Below the pieces are notes generated by a model. That model saw nothing but the letters and a program-made list of their open reading frames with translations. It made no database searches and was not told where the DNA came from. This document shows, in pieces, positions 10,088 to 19,117 of a stretch of DNA of 54,800 bases. The translations under genes were made by a program, and so were the position numbers. The stretch is from positions 1-54,800 of the IMG/VR virus record IMGVR_UViG_3300043410_001533; one strand, 5' to 3'. Every line of letters begins with the position of its first letter. The stretch's first letter is position 1. This DNA comes from a virus (taxonomy: Duplodnaviria > Caudoviricetes).

Positions 10088-10518
10088 AGGAACGCTTTCA
10101 CTTTCAAGGGATCACCTGTAACTTTCGCAATTACTTCGTGATCGTTAAACACACTGAAAAGTGCGGTCTCGCCGAGCGTTGGGTCACCGTAAGGTACTTC
10201 CCAGCGATCGCCGCCCCACTTTGGCATGCGAACATAGTCGCCGACATCGATCCAGTTGCCCTCGGGCCACGGTTCGAGTGTATCGCGTTTCTTGAAAGCC
10301 AGTGGACCTACCGCGATGACTTTCGCCACTTGGTTATTCCACTTTTCCGTTTCCTTCGTTTCTTCAACGAGTACGATTCCTGACGATGTCACGGTCTTCT
10401 TGGCGGCTCTCCACTGCACAAGAATACGCCCACCTACAGGCAAAGCACCGGGGTCTACTGCTGGAAATGCTTCCTGCAACGCGGCTTCATCCGAAGCCAC
10501 CGGTTGAGTATCACTCAT
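10084..10518 (-). CDS. groES: GroES-like co-chaperonin
   Basis: PVGGRILV...TSSGIVL...AKVIAVGP...VGDYV..PKWGG...NDHEVIAKV matches the cpn10 pattern. Confidence 0.8.
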   Translation of the reverse strand: MSDTQPVASDEAALQEAFPAVDPGALPVGGRILVQWRAAKKTVTSSGIVLVEETKETEKWNNQVAKVIAVGPLAFKKRDTLEPWPEGNWIDVGDYVRMPKWGGDRWEVPYGDPTLGETALFSVFNDHEVIAKVTGDPLKVKAFL

Positions 10519-10696
10519 CTTTCTCATCCTCTTTTAAAAGGTCGTTTAATATTACCAGAGCTTCTTCAAGCCCTTGGTGCTGGCCAACTAAGCGTTGGTA
10601 GGCCTCAAAGGTGACGGCATTGCCGTTCACCAATGACTGCGCGATCGCCGATTTGCGGACCTCGATAGCACCGACGAGGTCACTGACGTATCGCAT
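10511..10696 (-). CDS. Small conserved head-module protein
   Basis: 61 aa, G.A.TFEAYQRLVGQHQGLEEA; lies between portal and GroES. Confidence 0.65.
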   Translation of the reverse strand: MRYVSDLVGAIEVRKSAIAQSLVNGNAVTFEAYQRLVGQHQGLEEALVILNDLLKEDEKDE

Positions 10697-10863
10697 TATT
10701 TCTTCTTAGCTTGCGCTAATGCACCGCCGCCACGCTTTGGTGCGCTTGGTGTCTTCGCGGGTTCTTTCGCACCCAACGATGTACCATCGAGCTTCGCGCC
10801 CATGGCCATTCGCTTGTGGTAAGGTACGTCTTGGCCCATTTGGGCTGAATCATTGGTAGCCAT
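10696..10863 (-). CDS. Small basic protein (55 aa), missed by the ORF track
   Basis: Manual translation MATNDSAQMGQDVPYHKRMAMGAKLDGTSLGAKEPAKTPSAPKRGGGALAQAKKK; AGGAG SD; fills the gap exactly, with a TAATG overlap. Confidence 0.65.
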   Translation of the reverse strand: MATNDSAQMGQDVPYHKRMAMGAKLDGTSLGAKEPAKTPSAPKRGGGALAQAKKK

Positions 10864-10864
10864 G

Positions 10865-13363
10865 TTACACTCCTAAAGTTCGTTGTGCGCTCTCTTGCGC
10901 GGCCAATGCAGTCTGCTCCTGCTCGTGCTTCAGAATCGCCGCGTCGTGCGTCAATTCTGCAGTCTTGATCCGTTCTTCGGTCAAGTTGTCGGATGCGTTC
11001 AGCGCGATCTTGATCTGCTGTTCGCGATTCTTGTTCAACGCGTCGTTTTTGATGCGCTCTTGCTCCAGTTCGAGTTCGATCTTGTCGCGCTCTGCACGTC
11101 GCTTGGTCTCCGCCATCGAAGTCTGGAGAATCACTTGGTCCGAGCCATCCATCTGTGGCTGGGGCTTGAGCTTCTGCACAGTCTGCAAGATCTGTTGCAT
11201 CGCGGGCATGACCTTTGCAAACGCCTCTTGCGCGTCCATTTGGGTGTGCTGAGACGCCAGCGCGTACAACTTGTCGATCTCGCCAGTGATTCCCGCGATA
11301 TCGTAGTCCTTCACAGGGCGGCCGAGCGATTCCTCGACGTAGCCGTTCATATGGCCGAGATACCAGAGCATCAAGTGTTGCTTGAAATGCTCGAGGAAAG
11401 CGGGCAGGAACGCTGGCGCGATAATCGGATTGGACCCCAGCAGTGGGTTCAGGGCGAAATCGAGGTGGCTCTGGATGTGTGCCAGTTGGTTCTGGTGTGG
11501 GTACGCAAACGCCGCACGCCCGATCGACATCGCCGCATTCTCTTCGGCGGCATTAATCTCCATCGGCTCGGCCGTCGCGGGCATCAATTCCTGCACGTTC
11601 GGTATCTTCATCTGCTTCAGCGCACGCTGGACGACTGCTCGACGATCGAAAAGATCGGGGTACTTGTCCATGTAGGCCATCACAGCCTGTGTCTGGGCCA
11701 TCCGCTGAGTCTCGGAGAAGATGTGCGGATCGCTCACCGGTATCACGTCGGTGTTTCGATTGAAGTCTTCGCGCCTGATGTCCAGCTCTTGGACCACGCC
11801 GCCCATTCGCATCTCTTCCAAGTACCAGCGATTGATACGCTGAAGTACCTTCAGAACACGCGATTGTGAGTCGTGCAGTCGTGCGTGAATCGCCGAGAAT
11901 ACTTTCGAACCCTGCTCGATCATCGCTTGAGTGGTGCCGACTGGTGTATTGGCATTCAACTCCGCGATTTTCTCCTCAGAGGTGGTCACCACGCCCTTCG
12001 CGGCGTCCGTCAGGAAGCCCACGAGCTTGAAGAGCACCTCGCTCGGTGGGTTGAAAGGCATCGGCATGGCGATTTTGCGGATATCGTCCACACCGGGAGC
12101 ACCTTCGATCTCGGTCACTTGCGTCACTTCGACGTTCTGTGACTGTCCAGAGATCTTTGCGCCCTTGATCTTGAGCATCGTGGCGGCGTTGTTAATGTGC
12201 GCTGTGTCCAATAGAGCACGCAAACCACCGGTAATAGCGGCAGAAAGACCACCAATGAGATGAGGCAGTCCAATAGCGTACGCACCACGCCATGGGATGA
12301 ACTTGAATTCGATGATGTGATCGAGCTTCGCCATGGCTTCATCGCCCTGCTCCCAGTTCCGGTACATGCCGACGACTTCCGTGTTATTCTCGTCGATCAT
12401 CAAAATGTAGGGAGCCAATTCGCCTTTGGAGTGGGAATCGTCTTCTTCGGCAATAAACGCGTAGATGTGGTACACGCGACGCAAGCCGTCGGTGTCGTCA
12501 CTCCACTGCTTACCTTCGATCTTGTTATTCGCCTTCTCAGGTGACGTTGGCTCCGGCTCCATGCTGGCGCGAGTGAATGACACGTCGCGGTAGAGACCCG
12601 ATGCCATGCGCGACTCGAATTCCTGCTGGGTGATGTCTTGCACCTCAGTCACACGCTGTGCAGTGTAGAAATTCGCGGCGGAGAAAGGCAGTAGAATGTT
12701 GTCGATCGCCACGAATTCCGCGCAGGGTCGCTTTTTGCGATCGTCGTACCAGAGCTTCAGGAACTGCGAGCCGCCGAGTGGCAACTGGGTGAGCATTTGC
12801 TCTTGCTCGTCGCGGAATTCCTCGATCTGCTCAGTGAGTTGCCAGTTCATGAAGTCGCGTTTGCGCTCGGCCCGTTTCGTTTCCTCTTCGCTCACGTCGC
12901 CGAGGATGTTCGTACGCACTGGGCCATCCGGTGGGAACAGCTCCTTGATAGCACGCGACTCGAAATCAATACAGGCCTCAGCCATGACGGGGTGCACAAC
13001 TTTGCTGGCACCTTGGAACTGCGCACCACCGGGAGCATCGTGTCCCAAGCCCGTACGCTTGAGTCCCTCTTCGTACTGCTTATCGCGCTCTTTGCGTGCC
13101 TCTTTGTCCTTCTCGATCAGATCGAGGTAGTGCATCGCGAGTTTATCAAGCTTCCAAGGGTCCAGCTCGTCGGCCAGATTCGCGTAGAAGTCTTGGTCCT
13201 CGCTCGGCCCTTTGAATTCGTCCATGCGAACGATTGCGGACCCGTCCGGTTGCTCTTCCACTTCCGCGTAGGGGTCCTCCATGTCAAGGTCGAACACCAT
13301 GCCCTGCGTGTCCTCTGGACCTGCGGGTGCTTCCATCTGCGGTTGTGGGAATTCTGTTGCCAT
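10865..13363 (-). CDS. Portal protein
   Basis: 832 aa; FYANLA, GASKVVHPVMAEAC..F, ELFPPDGPVRT, LPLGGSQFLKLWYD, GLPHLIGGL; typical of podovirus portals; downstream of the terminase. Confidence 0.9.
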   Translation of the reverse strand: MATEFPQPQMEAPAGPEDTQGMVFDLDMEDPYAEVEEQPDGSAIVRMDEFKGPSEDQDFYANLADELDPWKLDKLAMHYLDLIEKDKEARKERDKQYEEGLKRTGLGHDAPGGAQFQGASKVVHPVMAEACIDFESRAIKELFPPDGPVRTNILGDVSEEETKRAERKRDFMNWQLTEQIEEFRDEQEQMLTQLPLGGSQFLKLWYDDRKKRPCAEFVAIDNILLPFSAANFYTAQRVTEVQDITQQEFESRMASGLYRDVSFTRASMEPEPTSPEKANNKIEGKQWSDDTDGLRRVYHIYAFIAEEDDSHSKGELAPYILMIDENNTEVVGMYRNWEQGDEAMAKLDHIIEFKFIPWRGAYAIGLPHLIGGLSAAITGGLRALLDTAHINNAATMLKIKGAKISGQSQNVEVTQVTEIEGAPGVDDIRKIAMPMPFNPPSEVLFKLVGFLTDAAKGVVTTSEEKIAELNANTPVGTTQAMIEQGSKVFSAIHARLHDSQSRVLKVLQRINRWYLEEMRMGGVVQELDIRREDFNRNTDVIPVSDPHIFSETQRMAQTQAVMAYMDKYPDLFDRRAVVQRALKQMKIPNVQELMPATAEPMEINAAEENAAMSIGRAAFAYPHQNQLAHIQSHLDFALNPLLGSNPIIAPAFLPAFLEHFKQHLMLWYLGHMNGYVEESLGRPVKDYDIAGITGEIDKLYALASQHTQMDAQEAFAKVMPAMQQILQTVQKLKPQPQMDGSDQVILQTSMAETKRRAERDKIELELEQERIKNDALNKNREQQIKIALNASDNLTEERIKTAELTHDAAILKHEQEQTALAAQESAQRTLGV

Positions 13364-13397
13364 AGTCTCAGCCTTTAATATGCGATTTTAACACGGC

Positions 13398-14600
13398 TTA
13401 ATTTTCGTGACCATACTGCTTAATGTCGCGTGCCGTTTCCTTCAGGGCGTTGTAGTCCTCGGGACTCAGGCGACGAAGGTCGCGCATTTCGGGGCGAATG
13501 CTAAACGGTCCATTCTGAAACGCGGGGCGCACCATCTCGCCAAATATCGACATCAGCGGCGTGTCTTGCCCGACGTGCGGCAAATTCTCGGCCGGTGCTT
13601 TAATTCGATCGCCCACCATGGCTGGCCAACCCTGTGGTGCTTTAGGGATGAGCTTTTCCACCATCACGCCAGCTTCGTCGGGTGACATGCCGGTGCGCAT
13701 CAATGCGGCCATGAGGCCCGGAATCGCTGACGCTTCGTACGCTTGAGGGGCTACAGACTCTGCGACTTTGGCCACGTCGCCAATGCCGCCCAAATCGGGC
13801 AATGCGCCACGCATCACCTGACCCGCCGCCGATTGCAGGACCTCGCGCCGCGTCATGGGCGTTTCGCTCACCGATTTCAGCGTGGACTTCGCCGCGCCTT
13901 TGCCGGGGTCGATGGTCACGGATTTCTCGGTGACGGCTGGCGCACCTCGCATCTCGGACTGCATTTTCTCCAGTGCCTTGGTATCCATCTTGGCGAGTGG
14001 GAAATCCGCCGCCTTGCCGAGGCCGAGAAATCCACGACGTGCGGGCGATTCGAGCTTCACACCCTTTTGGAGCATCTCCGCCGCCATCTGGTCCAGCGTC
14101 TTGGCCGCACTGCCGCCCTTCGCATAGGGCTGGGCATCGGGGATGAAGCGTCCACCGTCCGCCATGTCGGGCACGCTGAAATCGATCGCGCCGCCGTTGG
14201 CGAATTTCTTTGTCTTCTTCGGTGCGGCACTCATGAACTGGTCGGCACGAACCGGTGCCTCCTCGAAATCGCGGCGGCGTGTGGCAGTCGTCGCACTGTA
14301 CGGATTGCGTGCTTCCTTGAGCATTTCGGCGATCAACAGTTCGCGAATGCGAGGATCGGGGTACTGCATTTCGAAATCCATCTTCGCACGGCGATTGGAC
14401 TCCTCAGGGTCGATAGTTGGCGGTGCTGGCGCGTAGGCCGGACCACGACGCTTGGCCAGCTCCTCCATTTCGCCCGGCATGAGTTCACCGGAGCGAAACA
14501 GCATCGAGAGCGGCACAGTGTTGCGCATACCAGCGAATAGCGTTGCCGCGTCCATCGGGTCGAGACTCTGGGCGAGTTCGTCAAGGAAGTTACTGGGCAT
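13398..14600 (-). CDS. Putative internal virion protein with three GG motifs
   Basis: 400 aa between TerL and portal; FANGG, MADGG, YAKGG; GAGG SD. Confidence 0.6.
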   Translation of the reverse strand: MPSNFLDELAQSLDPMDAATLFAGMRNTVPLSMLFRSGELMPGEMEELAKRRGPAYAPAPPTIDPEESNRRAKMDFEMQYPDPRIRELLIAEMLKEARNPYSATTATRRRDFEEAPVRADQFMSAAPKKTKKFANGGAIDFSVPDMADGGRFIPDAQPYAKGGSAAKTLDQMAAEMLQKGVKLESPARRGFLGLGKAADFPLAKMDTKALEKMQSEMRGAPAVTEKSVTIDPGKGAAKSTLKSVSETPMTRREVLQSAAGQVMRGALPDLGGIGDVAKVAESVAPQAYEASAIPGLMAALMRTGMSPDEAGVMVEKLIPKAPQGWPAMVGDRIKAPAENLPHVGQDTPLMSIFGEMVRPAFQNGPFSIRPEMRDLRRLSPEDYNALKETARDIKQYGHEN

Positions 14601-16071
14601 AAGGATTTCCTCGGTTGGGTCGATATTCGTCGTCCACGTAATCCGTGTCGGGTGCGACGGGATCGATTTGCAGGAACGACATATCGCGCAGTAGGCGCAA
14701 AGCTTGGGACAGCGTGTCGGTCAGGTCGTCGCGGTCCGATTCGGGGAATGAGCACACTTGGCTGACCAGTGGTTCTGCCCAGTCGCGTGGCTGGCCCCGG
14801 TGGACGAGCGACTCGGGAATGTAAACGCGGCCGTGTGCGATGATATTGGCCACAAGGTGCAAACGCTGGACTTTGTCGGCGCGGCCCGGATTGTAGGCGC
14901 GGCAAGGCACACCAGCACGTTGCAAGTCCTGCAAAATGCTAATGCCCGAGGCTTTGTCCTCCACGAGCACGAGGTCCACCTTTTTGCCGGGGTCGCCGTA
15001 GATGGAGCCGTACTCGTCGATGATCTTGGGTCGCAGGTCTGGGTACGCGAGGAAGTCCTCCCAGCAGTCGATGAGCATGGCACACAGCCCGCTGTCCTCG
15101 TTCGGCCGGAAGATGCCCCACACGGAGCACGCGGTCGGATCGTTTTGCGTCTTTTCAGTGTACGCGCAGTCGTAGGACTGGAGCACATAGATGAACTCGG
15201 GCAGTGGCTTGTTCGCGTCCCACAACTTGAACCATTCGCGCTTGACGATGCCGTAGTCCTCGGGATCGATGACCTCCGCGTACAGCTCCTGCCGCCCAAT
15301 GCGTGTGCCCTCGTACTGCGAGATGATCTCGTCGCGGAACGTCGGGGCGAGGTTATTGAAATTCTCGTGCGTCGTGCCCGTGGTGACGTAGACGCGCTCC
15401 TCGGAAATCAGGCGGCGCACGATGGGGATGGGCTTGGGCGTGGTGGTCACGCAAACGCGGGGCTTTTGCCCGAGTCGCAGGCCGAACATCAAGTTGGACC
15501 ACATGTCCTCCGCATTGCGGAATTTCGCCAGTTCGTCCACCCATGCCAAATCGTGCTGTGGGCCGCGCAGTGTCTCGGGGTCATTGTCCGAGTAGATCGT
15601 GGCGATCGCACCGTTGGGCCACTCCAGTCGCCGCTTGGATGGGACGAATACCGGTTTGCATTTGGGGTGCGAAATGGCCAAAATGCCGGACTCGCCTTCC
15701 ACCATAACGTCGCGTGCGTCGCCCGCGTCCTCGGCGATCAGCGCAATGCGGCCCGCCAGTCCGTTCTCCGCGTGGTAGCGCACGAATTCGGCACCACAGC
15801 GTGTTTTGCCCCAGCCACGCCCAGCGAGGATGAGCCAGATGGTCCAAGCTTCGTCGGGTGGGATGAGTTGATTGGGGCGTGCCCATGTGGGCCAATCGTA
15901 GAAGAGTTCGAGTGCCTCGCGATCGGACAACTCGTCCACGAACTCGTGCCAGTTGTCTGGATCGACGATCGTGGATTTTTTACTCCGCCTTTGCGCGCGA
16001 GTTAAGACGTTGTGCGAGACGATCACGGAGACCCTCAATGTTGATGTTGGAGTCGAGCTGGCCCGACACAT
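14590..16071 (-). CDS. terL: Terminase large subunit (true start uncertain)
   Basis: Walker A ILAGRGWGKT; LRGPQHDLAWVDE Walker B; VTTTP motif III; RNase H-like nuclease SYDCA..VEDKASG..DDLTD. Confidence 0.93.
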   Translation of the reverse strand: MCRASSTPTSTLRVSVIVSHNVLTRAQRRSKKSTIVDPDNWHEFVDELSDREALELFYDWPTWARPNQLIPPDEAWTIWLILAGRGWGKTRCGAEFVRYHAENGLAGRIALIAEDAGDARDVMVEGESGILAISHPKCKPVFVPSKRRLEWPNGAIATIYSDNDPETLRGPQHDLAWVDELAKFRNAEDMWSNLMFGLRLGQKPRVCVTTTPKPIPIVRRLISEERVYVTTGTTHENFNNLAPTFRDEIISQYEGTRIGRQELYAEVIDPEDYGIVKREWFKLWDANKPLPEFIYVLQSYDCAYTEKTQNDPTACSVWGIFRPNEDSGLCAMLIDCWEDFLAYPDLRPKIIDEYGSIYGDPGKKVDLVLVEDKASGISILQDLQRAGVPCRAYNPGRADKVQRLHLVANIIAHGRVYIPESLVHRGQPRDWAEPLVSQVCSFPESDRDDLTDTLSQALRLLRDMSFLQIDPVAPDTDYVDDEYRPNRGNPYAQ

Positions 16072-16639
16072 TCATATTCACATCTTTCGAACGGAATTTC
16101 GCATCGTACCCCATGAGCGTGAACTGGAGCAGTGAATCACTGAACTTCTTCACAGTGTCGCCCGTCTTGACGCCCTGATGCACGATCGGCTCGTCGTGTC
16201 CAATCACTGAGCGGCGGTACGCTTCGGCACGCATCGTATCGACCATCTCCTCTTGGATGCTGTCCATGATGCTGTCGAACATTTTGTGGTCACCGCGCCA
16301 GCCGATCAGCGTCTGCCGATGGATGCCCGCCGTGGTGTAAGCGTGACGCAATGAGAATTTCGCATGGGGTGGACCATCACGGAATTCGGCGATGATGATC
16401 AGCATTTTGAATGCTTTGGTCTCTTCGAGTAACGCCAAATCACCAACCGCTTTGAGCGTGGGATCGTTGCACTCTTTCGTGTGTGCAAGATGACTGGCTG
16501 AATTGGGCGGGTGCCGCACGCGGTCACGCACGATTGCGTCCAGCAGTGTTTGCACAGAGATTCCCGCACGACGCTCGTACTCGGCGATCGTCTGGGGTCC
16601 GATGTCTTTCAGCAGTTTGAGATCGTCATTGAAGGCCAT
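15980..16639 (-). CDS. terS: Terminase small subunit
   Basis: HTH-like AGIHRQTLIGWR followed by EAYRRSVIGHDEPIVHQG...KKFSDSLLQFTL; upstream of TerL; start taken at MAFNDDL just downstream of a promoter-like sequence. Confidence 0.75.
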   Translation of the reverse strand: MAFNDDLKLLKDIGPQTIAEYERRAGISVQTLLDAIVRDRVRHPPNSASHLAHTKECNDPTLKAVGDLALLEETKAFKMLIIIAEFRDGPPHAKFSLRHAYTTAGIHRQTLIGWRGDHKMFDSIMDSIQEEMVDTMRAEAYRRSVIGHDEPIVHQGVKTGDTVKKFSDSLLQFTLMGYDAKFRSKDVNMNVSGQLDSNINIEGLRDRLAQRLNSRAKAE

Positions 16640-16646
16640 GGAGCGA

Positions 16647-16676
16647 ATTAAACCACAAATGCCACGCGGCACACAA
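16647..16676 (-). promoter_or_regulatory. Putative promoter for the packaging operon
   Basis: TTGTGT-N18-TTTAAT with TG extension; 13-mer GTGGTTTAATTCG identical to that at 17121-17133. Confidence 0.4.
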
Positions 16677-16819
16677 TATGCGGCTTTGTCTACAGCTGAG
16701 TTATGAGACTGAAGCTGAGCATAACGCGGAGTTATAAAGCTTTCGTGCGCGTACACGAGGAGGGTAGAGAGAGGCCCTAAGTGGTGGTGGAAGAATATTC
16801 GACGTCTGGAGACTGCGGT

Positions 16820-17075
16820 TTGTTCCATAATGATGGAACGGTGATGGAACGCACTATTGCCTCACAAGCCCCGTCCGACGCGGGTTTCGAGACACACAGC
16901 CCGTGTACCATTGTTCCATCATATACCCATATATATTAAACCATGTCGTTGACAGGGCATTACCCCCGCGTGCGTGTGTAACAATGGTACACGAGGTCTT
17001 TTTTCGAATGGGAGAGGCGTTCCATCTGGCGTTCCATCTTTATGGAACGGTGGAACGTTGCTTTTTGTTCCACCA
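16820..17075. repeat. Iteron/hairpin element A (inverted copy of 38645-38905)
   Basis: About 11 GTTCCA(T/C)/ATGGAAC/GTACCAT heptamers; the reverse complement of 16911-17056 aligns with 38667-38810; non-coding. Confidence 0.85.
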
Positions 17076-17123
17076 GCGTCGGGAGGTCCGACACGAGTAC
17101 AGCGCATTGCACGCCGTAGACGA

Positions 17124-17153
17124 ATTAAACCACGAATTCTCGCAGTGCCGCAA
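17124..17153 (-). promoter_or_regulatory. Putative promoter firing into element A
   Basis: TTGCGG-N18-TTTAAT, sharing GTGGTTTAATTCG with 16644-16656. Confidence 0.4.
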
Positions 17154-17571
17154 GTACGTCCTCGGTGCCACAGCCTCGTTTGTCGAGTCGTACGCTGTAT
17201 TTACGCCACATCGCTTGGGTCCAGTCGCTGGTCGCCAGCTCTGCCGCGTTGAACACGAAGACCTCGTCGCCGACTTGGACCACGAGCCAAGTGTTGCCGC
17301 CGTTGATCTGGTGCCGAATCGCCCAGTAGCGTTGGCCGTTGGTCCAGTGTGGGAGCTTGATGGTCGTGGTGGCTTTCACCGGGAAGGCATCGAGGCATTT
17401 CAGTTCGATCCAGCCGGTGAGCGGGCGATTGTCGGTGGCGGGCGAGGCCTTTGTGCTGAAGTACAGGTCCGGAGTGTCTTTTTTCACCCGGTTCTCGACA
17501 CGTTCCAGCAGGGCGACGTGGCCCACCTTGCGGACCAGCCAGTCGTAGAGCTTCTGCTCAGGCAGTCGCAC
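17125..17571 (-). CDS. PD-(D/E)XK nuclease, Holliday-junction resolvase / VRR-NUC-like
   Basis: E..LY..L, ERVEN....TPDLY, GWIELK, Q..W; GG.TWLVVQV. Confidence 0.8.
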   Translation of the reverse strand: MRLPEQKLYDWLVRKVGHVALLERVENRVKKDTPDLYFSTKASPATDNRPLTGWIELKCLDAFPVKATTTIKLPHWTNGQRYWAIRHQINGGNTWLVVQVGDEVFVFNAAELATSDWTQAMWRKYSVRLDKRGCGTEDVLAALREFVV

Positions 17572-17671
17572 CGGATCTCCGCATCTGGCTCCGATACCTC
17601 TCCGAGGCCTTCCTTGGGGTCTTCCTTGCGTCAGAAGATATAGTACCGGTATGGTAATAGCTTGGCATATC

Positions 17672-17884
17672 TCAAGCGTCTCCGGAGGGCTTCCGTAAGT
17701 TCCTGACGAATACCGCGAAAGAGGCGGCGGTGTCGCCCAGCGGAGTCATCGCGGCGATCTTGAAGGCGGCGTCGTCGAGTGCTTGCTGGTAGGCAATCTC
17801 GTACACATCCGCGATCAGCGTTTGGAGTTGGGGCAGGTCCGGGAACGCCCGGTCAGCCATTTCGAGTATCGTCGTCTTGGTCAT
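17672..17884 (-). CDS. Hypothetical protein
   Basis: 70-aa ORF in the minus-strand gene run; GDTAASFAVFVR. Confidence 0.55.
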   Translation of the reverse strand: MTKTTILEMADRAFPDLPQLQTLIADVYEIAYQQALDDAAFKIAAMTPLGDTAASFAVFVRNLRKPSGDA

Positions 17885-17978
17885 CTAGTAGCTCCCGTCT
17901 GAATTCGTGGATCGCCCACAACAGCGTGCCCACCCCGAGAGCGAGGAAGGCAAGCAGAACGTAGACGAGGTCGGCCAT
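17853..17978 (-). CDS. Small membrane protein (41 aa), not in the track
   Basis: Manual translation MADLVYVLLAFLALGVGTLLWAIHEFRRELLDDQDDDTRNG; one TM helix; TTGCGT-N17-TACAAT just upstream. Confidence 0.4.
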   Translation of the reverse strand: MADLVYVLLAFLALGVGTLLWAIHEFRRELLDDQDDDTRNG

Positions 17979-17993
17979 GGGGCCGATTGTACC

Positions 17994-18422
17994 TCACGCG
18001 ATGAGGCGACGCAAGGCATTGGCCAGTCGCATCGACGCCACCCCGGGGTTCGGGGCACCGGTGAAGATCGCGGGGTCCACGCCGTATTTCGCGCACAGTC
18101 CGAGCCGCGCTTCGCGGGTTTTGTGGACGGCGAGAAGCTGGGCCACGAGGTCCGGGGTCCGGGTGGGCTTCGAAGGGGTCGCCGAGGCCTTCCGTGGGGT
18201 CTCCGTCGCGCTCGCCGCCCGGGGTTGGGGTGTAAGTACCGGGGCGGGTCTCGAAGCGACGGGAAGCCTTCCGGTGGCTCGGCCGCCGACGATCGTCACG
18301 CCGGATTCGGTGGTGTAGCTGGTGCCGTTGGCACGGGCGTACTCGCCCTTTGCCCAGTAGGGCACATAATCGGGATCCCCACTGGGACGGGGGGAGTGTT
18401 CGGTCAGGGGTGCAAAGTCCAT
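17994..18422 (-). CDS. Hypothetical protein, C-terminal NPG..M.L.N..R domain
   Basis: AAGGAG SD; C-terminus resembles that of 19110..19604. Confidence 0.65.
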   Translation of the reverse strand: MDFAPLTEHSPRPSGDPDYVPYWAKGEYARANGTSYTTESGVTIVGGRATGRLPVASRPAPVLTPQPRAASATETPRKASATPSKPTRTPDLVAQLLAVHKTREARLGLCAKYGVDPAIFTGAPNPGVASMRLANALRRLIA

Positions 18423-18437
18423 GGGTTTAGCTCCTTT

Positions 18438-18713
18438 TTACTGGTTTACGGCTTCGGAGATCTCGTCGGCGGCCGTGTCGATCTCTTCGATCGCGGACTC
18501 GAGCGAATCATTGGCCGACTCGAATGCTTGGGCGATCTCTTCGATGCGCTGGCCGTTGTCGGACGCTTGGAGGCCTTCGGGCATGTTGTCGAAGCAGTCC
18601 TGCTCTTCGGTCGCGAGGTCCTTCAGGTTATCGAGGGCGAAGCGGAGATTTTCGAGCGCGGTACGGACGGCGATCAGTTCGGCTTCTACTTTGGCGCGGC
18701 GTTGCTTGTTCAT
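18438..18713 (-). CDS. Coiled-coil early protein (91 aa)
   Basis: Start MNKQRRAK after the ATAGAGGACA leader; EEQDCFDNMPEGLQAS..G motif. Confidence 0.7.
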   Translation of the reverse strand: MNKQRRAKVEAELIAVRTALENLRFALDNLKDLATEEQDCFDNMPEGLQASDNGQRIEEIAQAFESANDSLESAIEEIDTAADEISEAVNQ

Positions 18714-18749
18714 GGTGTTGTCCTCTATCTGTTGGTGTGAAAAGACTCT

Positions 18750-18779
18750 ATTATAACACAGGTGCCATACCTTTGTCAA
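18750..18779 (-). promoter_or_regulatory. Sigma70-type early promoter
   Basis: TTGACA-N18-TATAAT with GCACCTGTGT spacer motif. Confidence 0.8.
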
Positions 18780-18898
18780 TACCCCAGTCGCCGTTGGGTG
18801 AACGACACCCAGCATCGGGCACACAGCCACCGGCCGGGGCGGGTTTCGACTCCGCCGCCAGCCAGTCGCTCGACTTTGCATTTTGCACAGGTCTGCAT
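18776..18898 (-). CDS. Small zinc-finger protein (40 aa), not in the track
   Basis: Manual translation MQTCAKCKVERLAGGGVETRPGRWLCARCWVSFTQRRLGY, two CxxC pairs; starts 3 nt after the previous stop. Confidence 0.5.
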   Translation of the reverse strand: MQTCAKCKVERLAGGGVETRPGRWLCARCWVSFTQRRLGY

Positions 18899-18901
18899 CA
18901 G

Positions 18902-19117
18902 TCAGCCCCGGAGGTTGTCGTCGATCCAGCGGTCCAAGGCGCGGAAGGCGAGCCAGCGATCGATTTGCTGGCCATCCTTCGTCGAATCGAACCACGCGTC
19001 CACCTTGGGGCCGTCGATTTCGGCGCGGAAGGCGATGCGCTGGCCGTCCAGTAGCATTTCACCCGTGAGGGTGGCCGAGTGCAAGCGCACCCGGACTTCT
19101 TTTTTGGTATTAGGCAT
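18902..19117 (-). CDS. Hypothetical protein
   Basis: 71 aa, coupled to the upstream gene, AAGGA SD. Confidence 0.6.
   Translation of the reverse strand: MPNTKKEVRVRLHSATLTGEMLLDGQRIAFRAEIDGPKVDAWFDSTKDGQQIDRWLAFRALDRWIDDNLRG

Noticed and set aside
10883-16005. Long plus-strand ORFs (e.g. 10883..11869, 13743..14540, 14758..16005)
   Set aside because: Antisense shadows of the portal, terminase and neighbouring genes in GC-rich, codon-biased DNA; no motifs or RBS
16820-17075. Possible CRISPR array or attP site
   Set aside because: Repeats are 7-mers in mixed orientation with irregular spacing; no cas or integrase gene in the window
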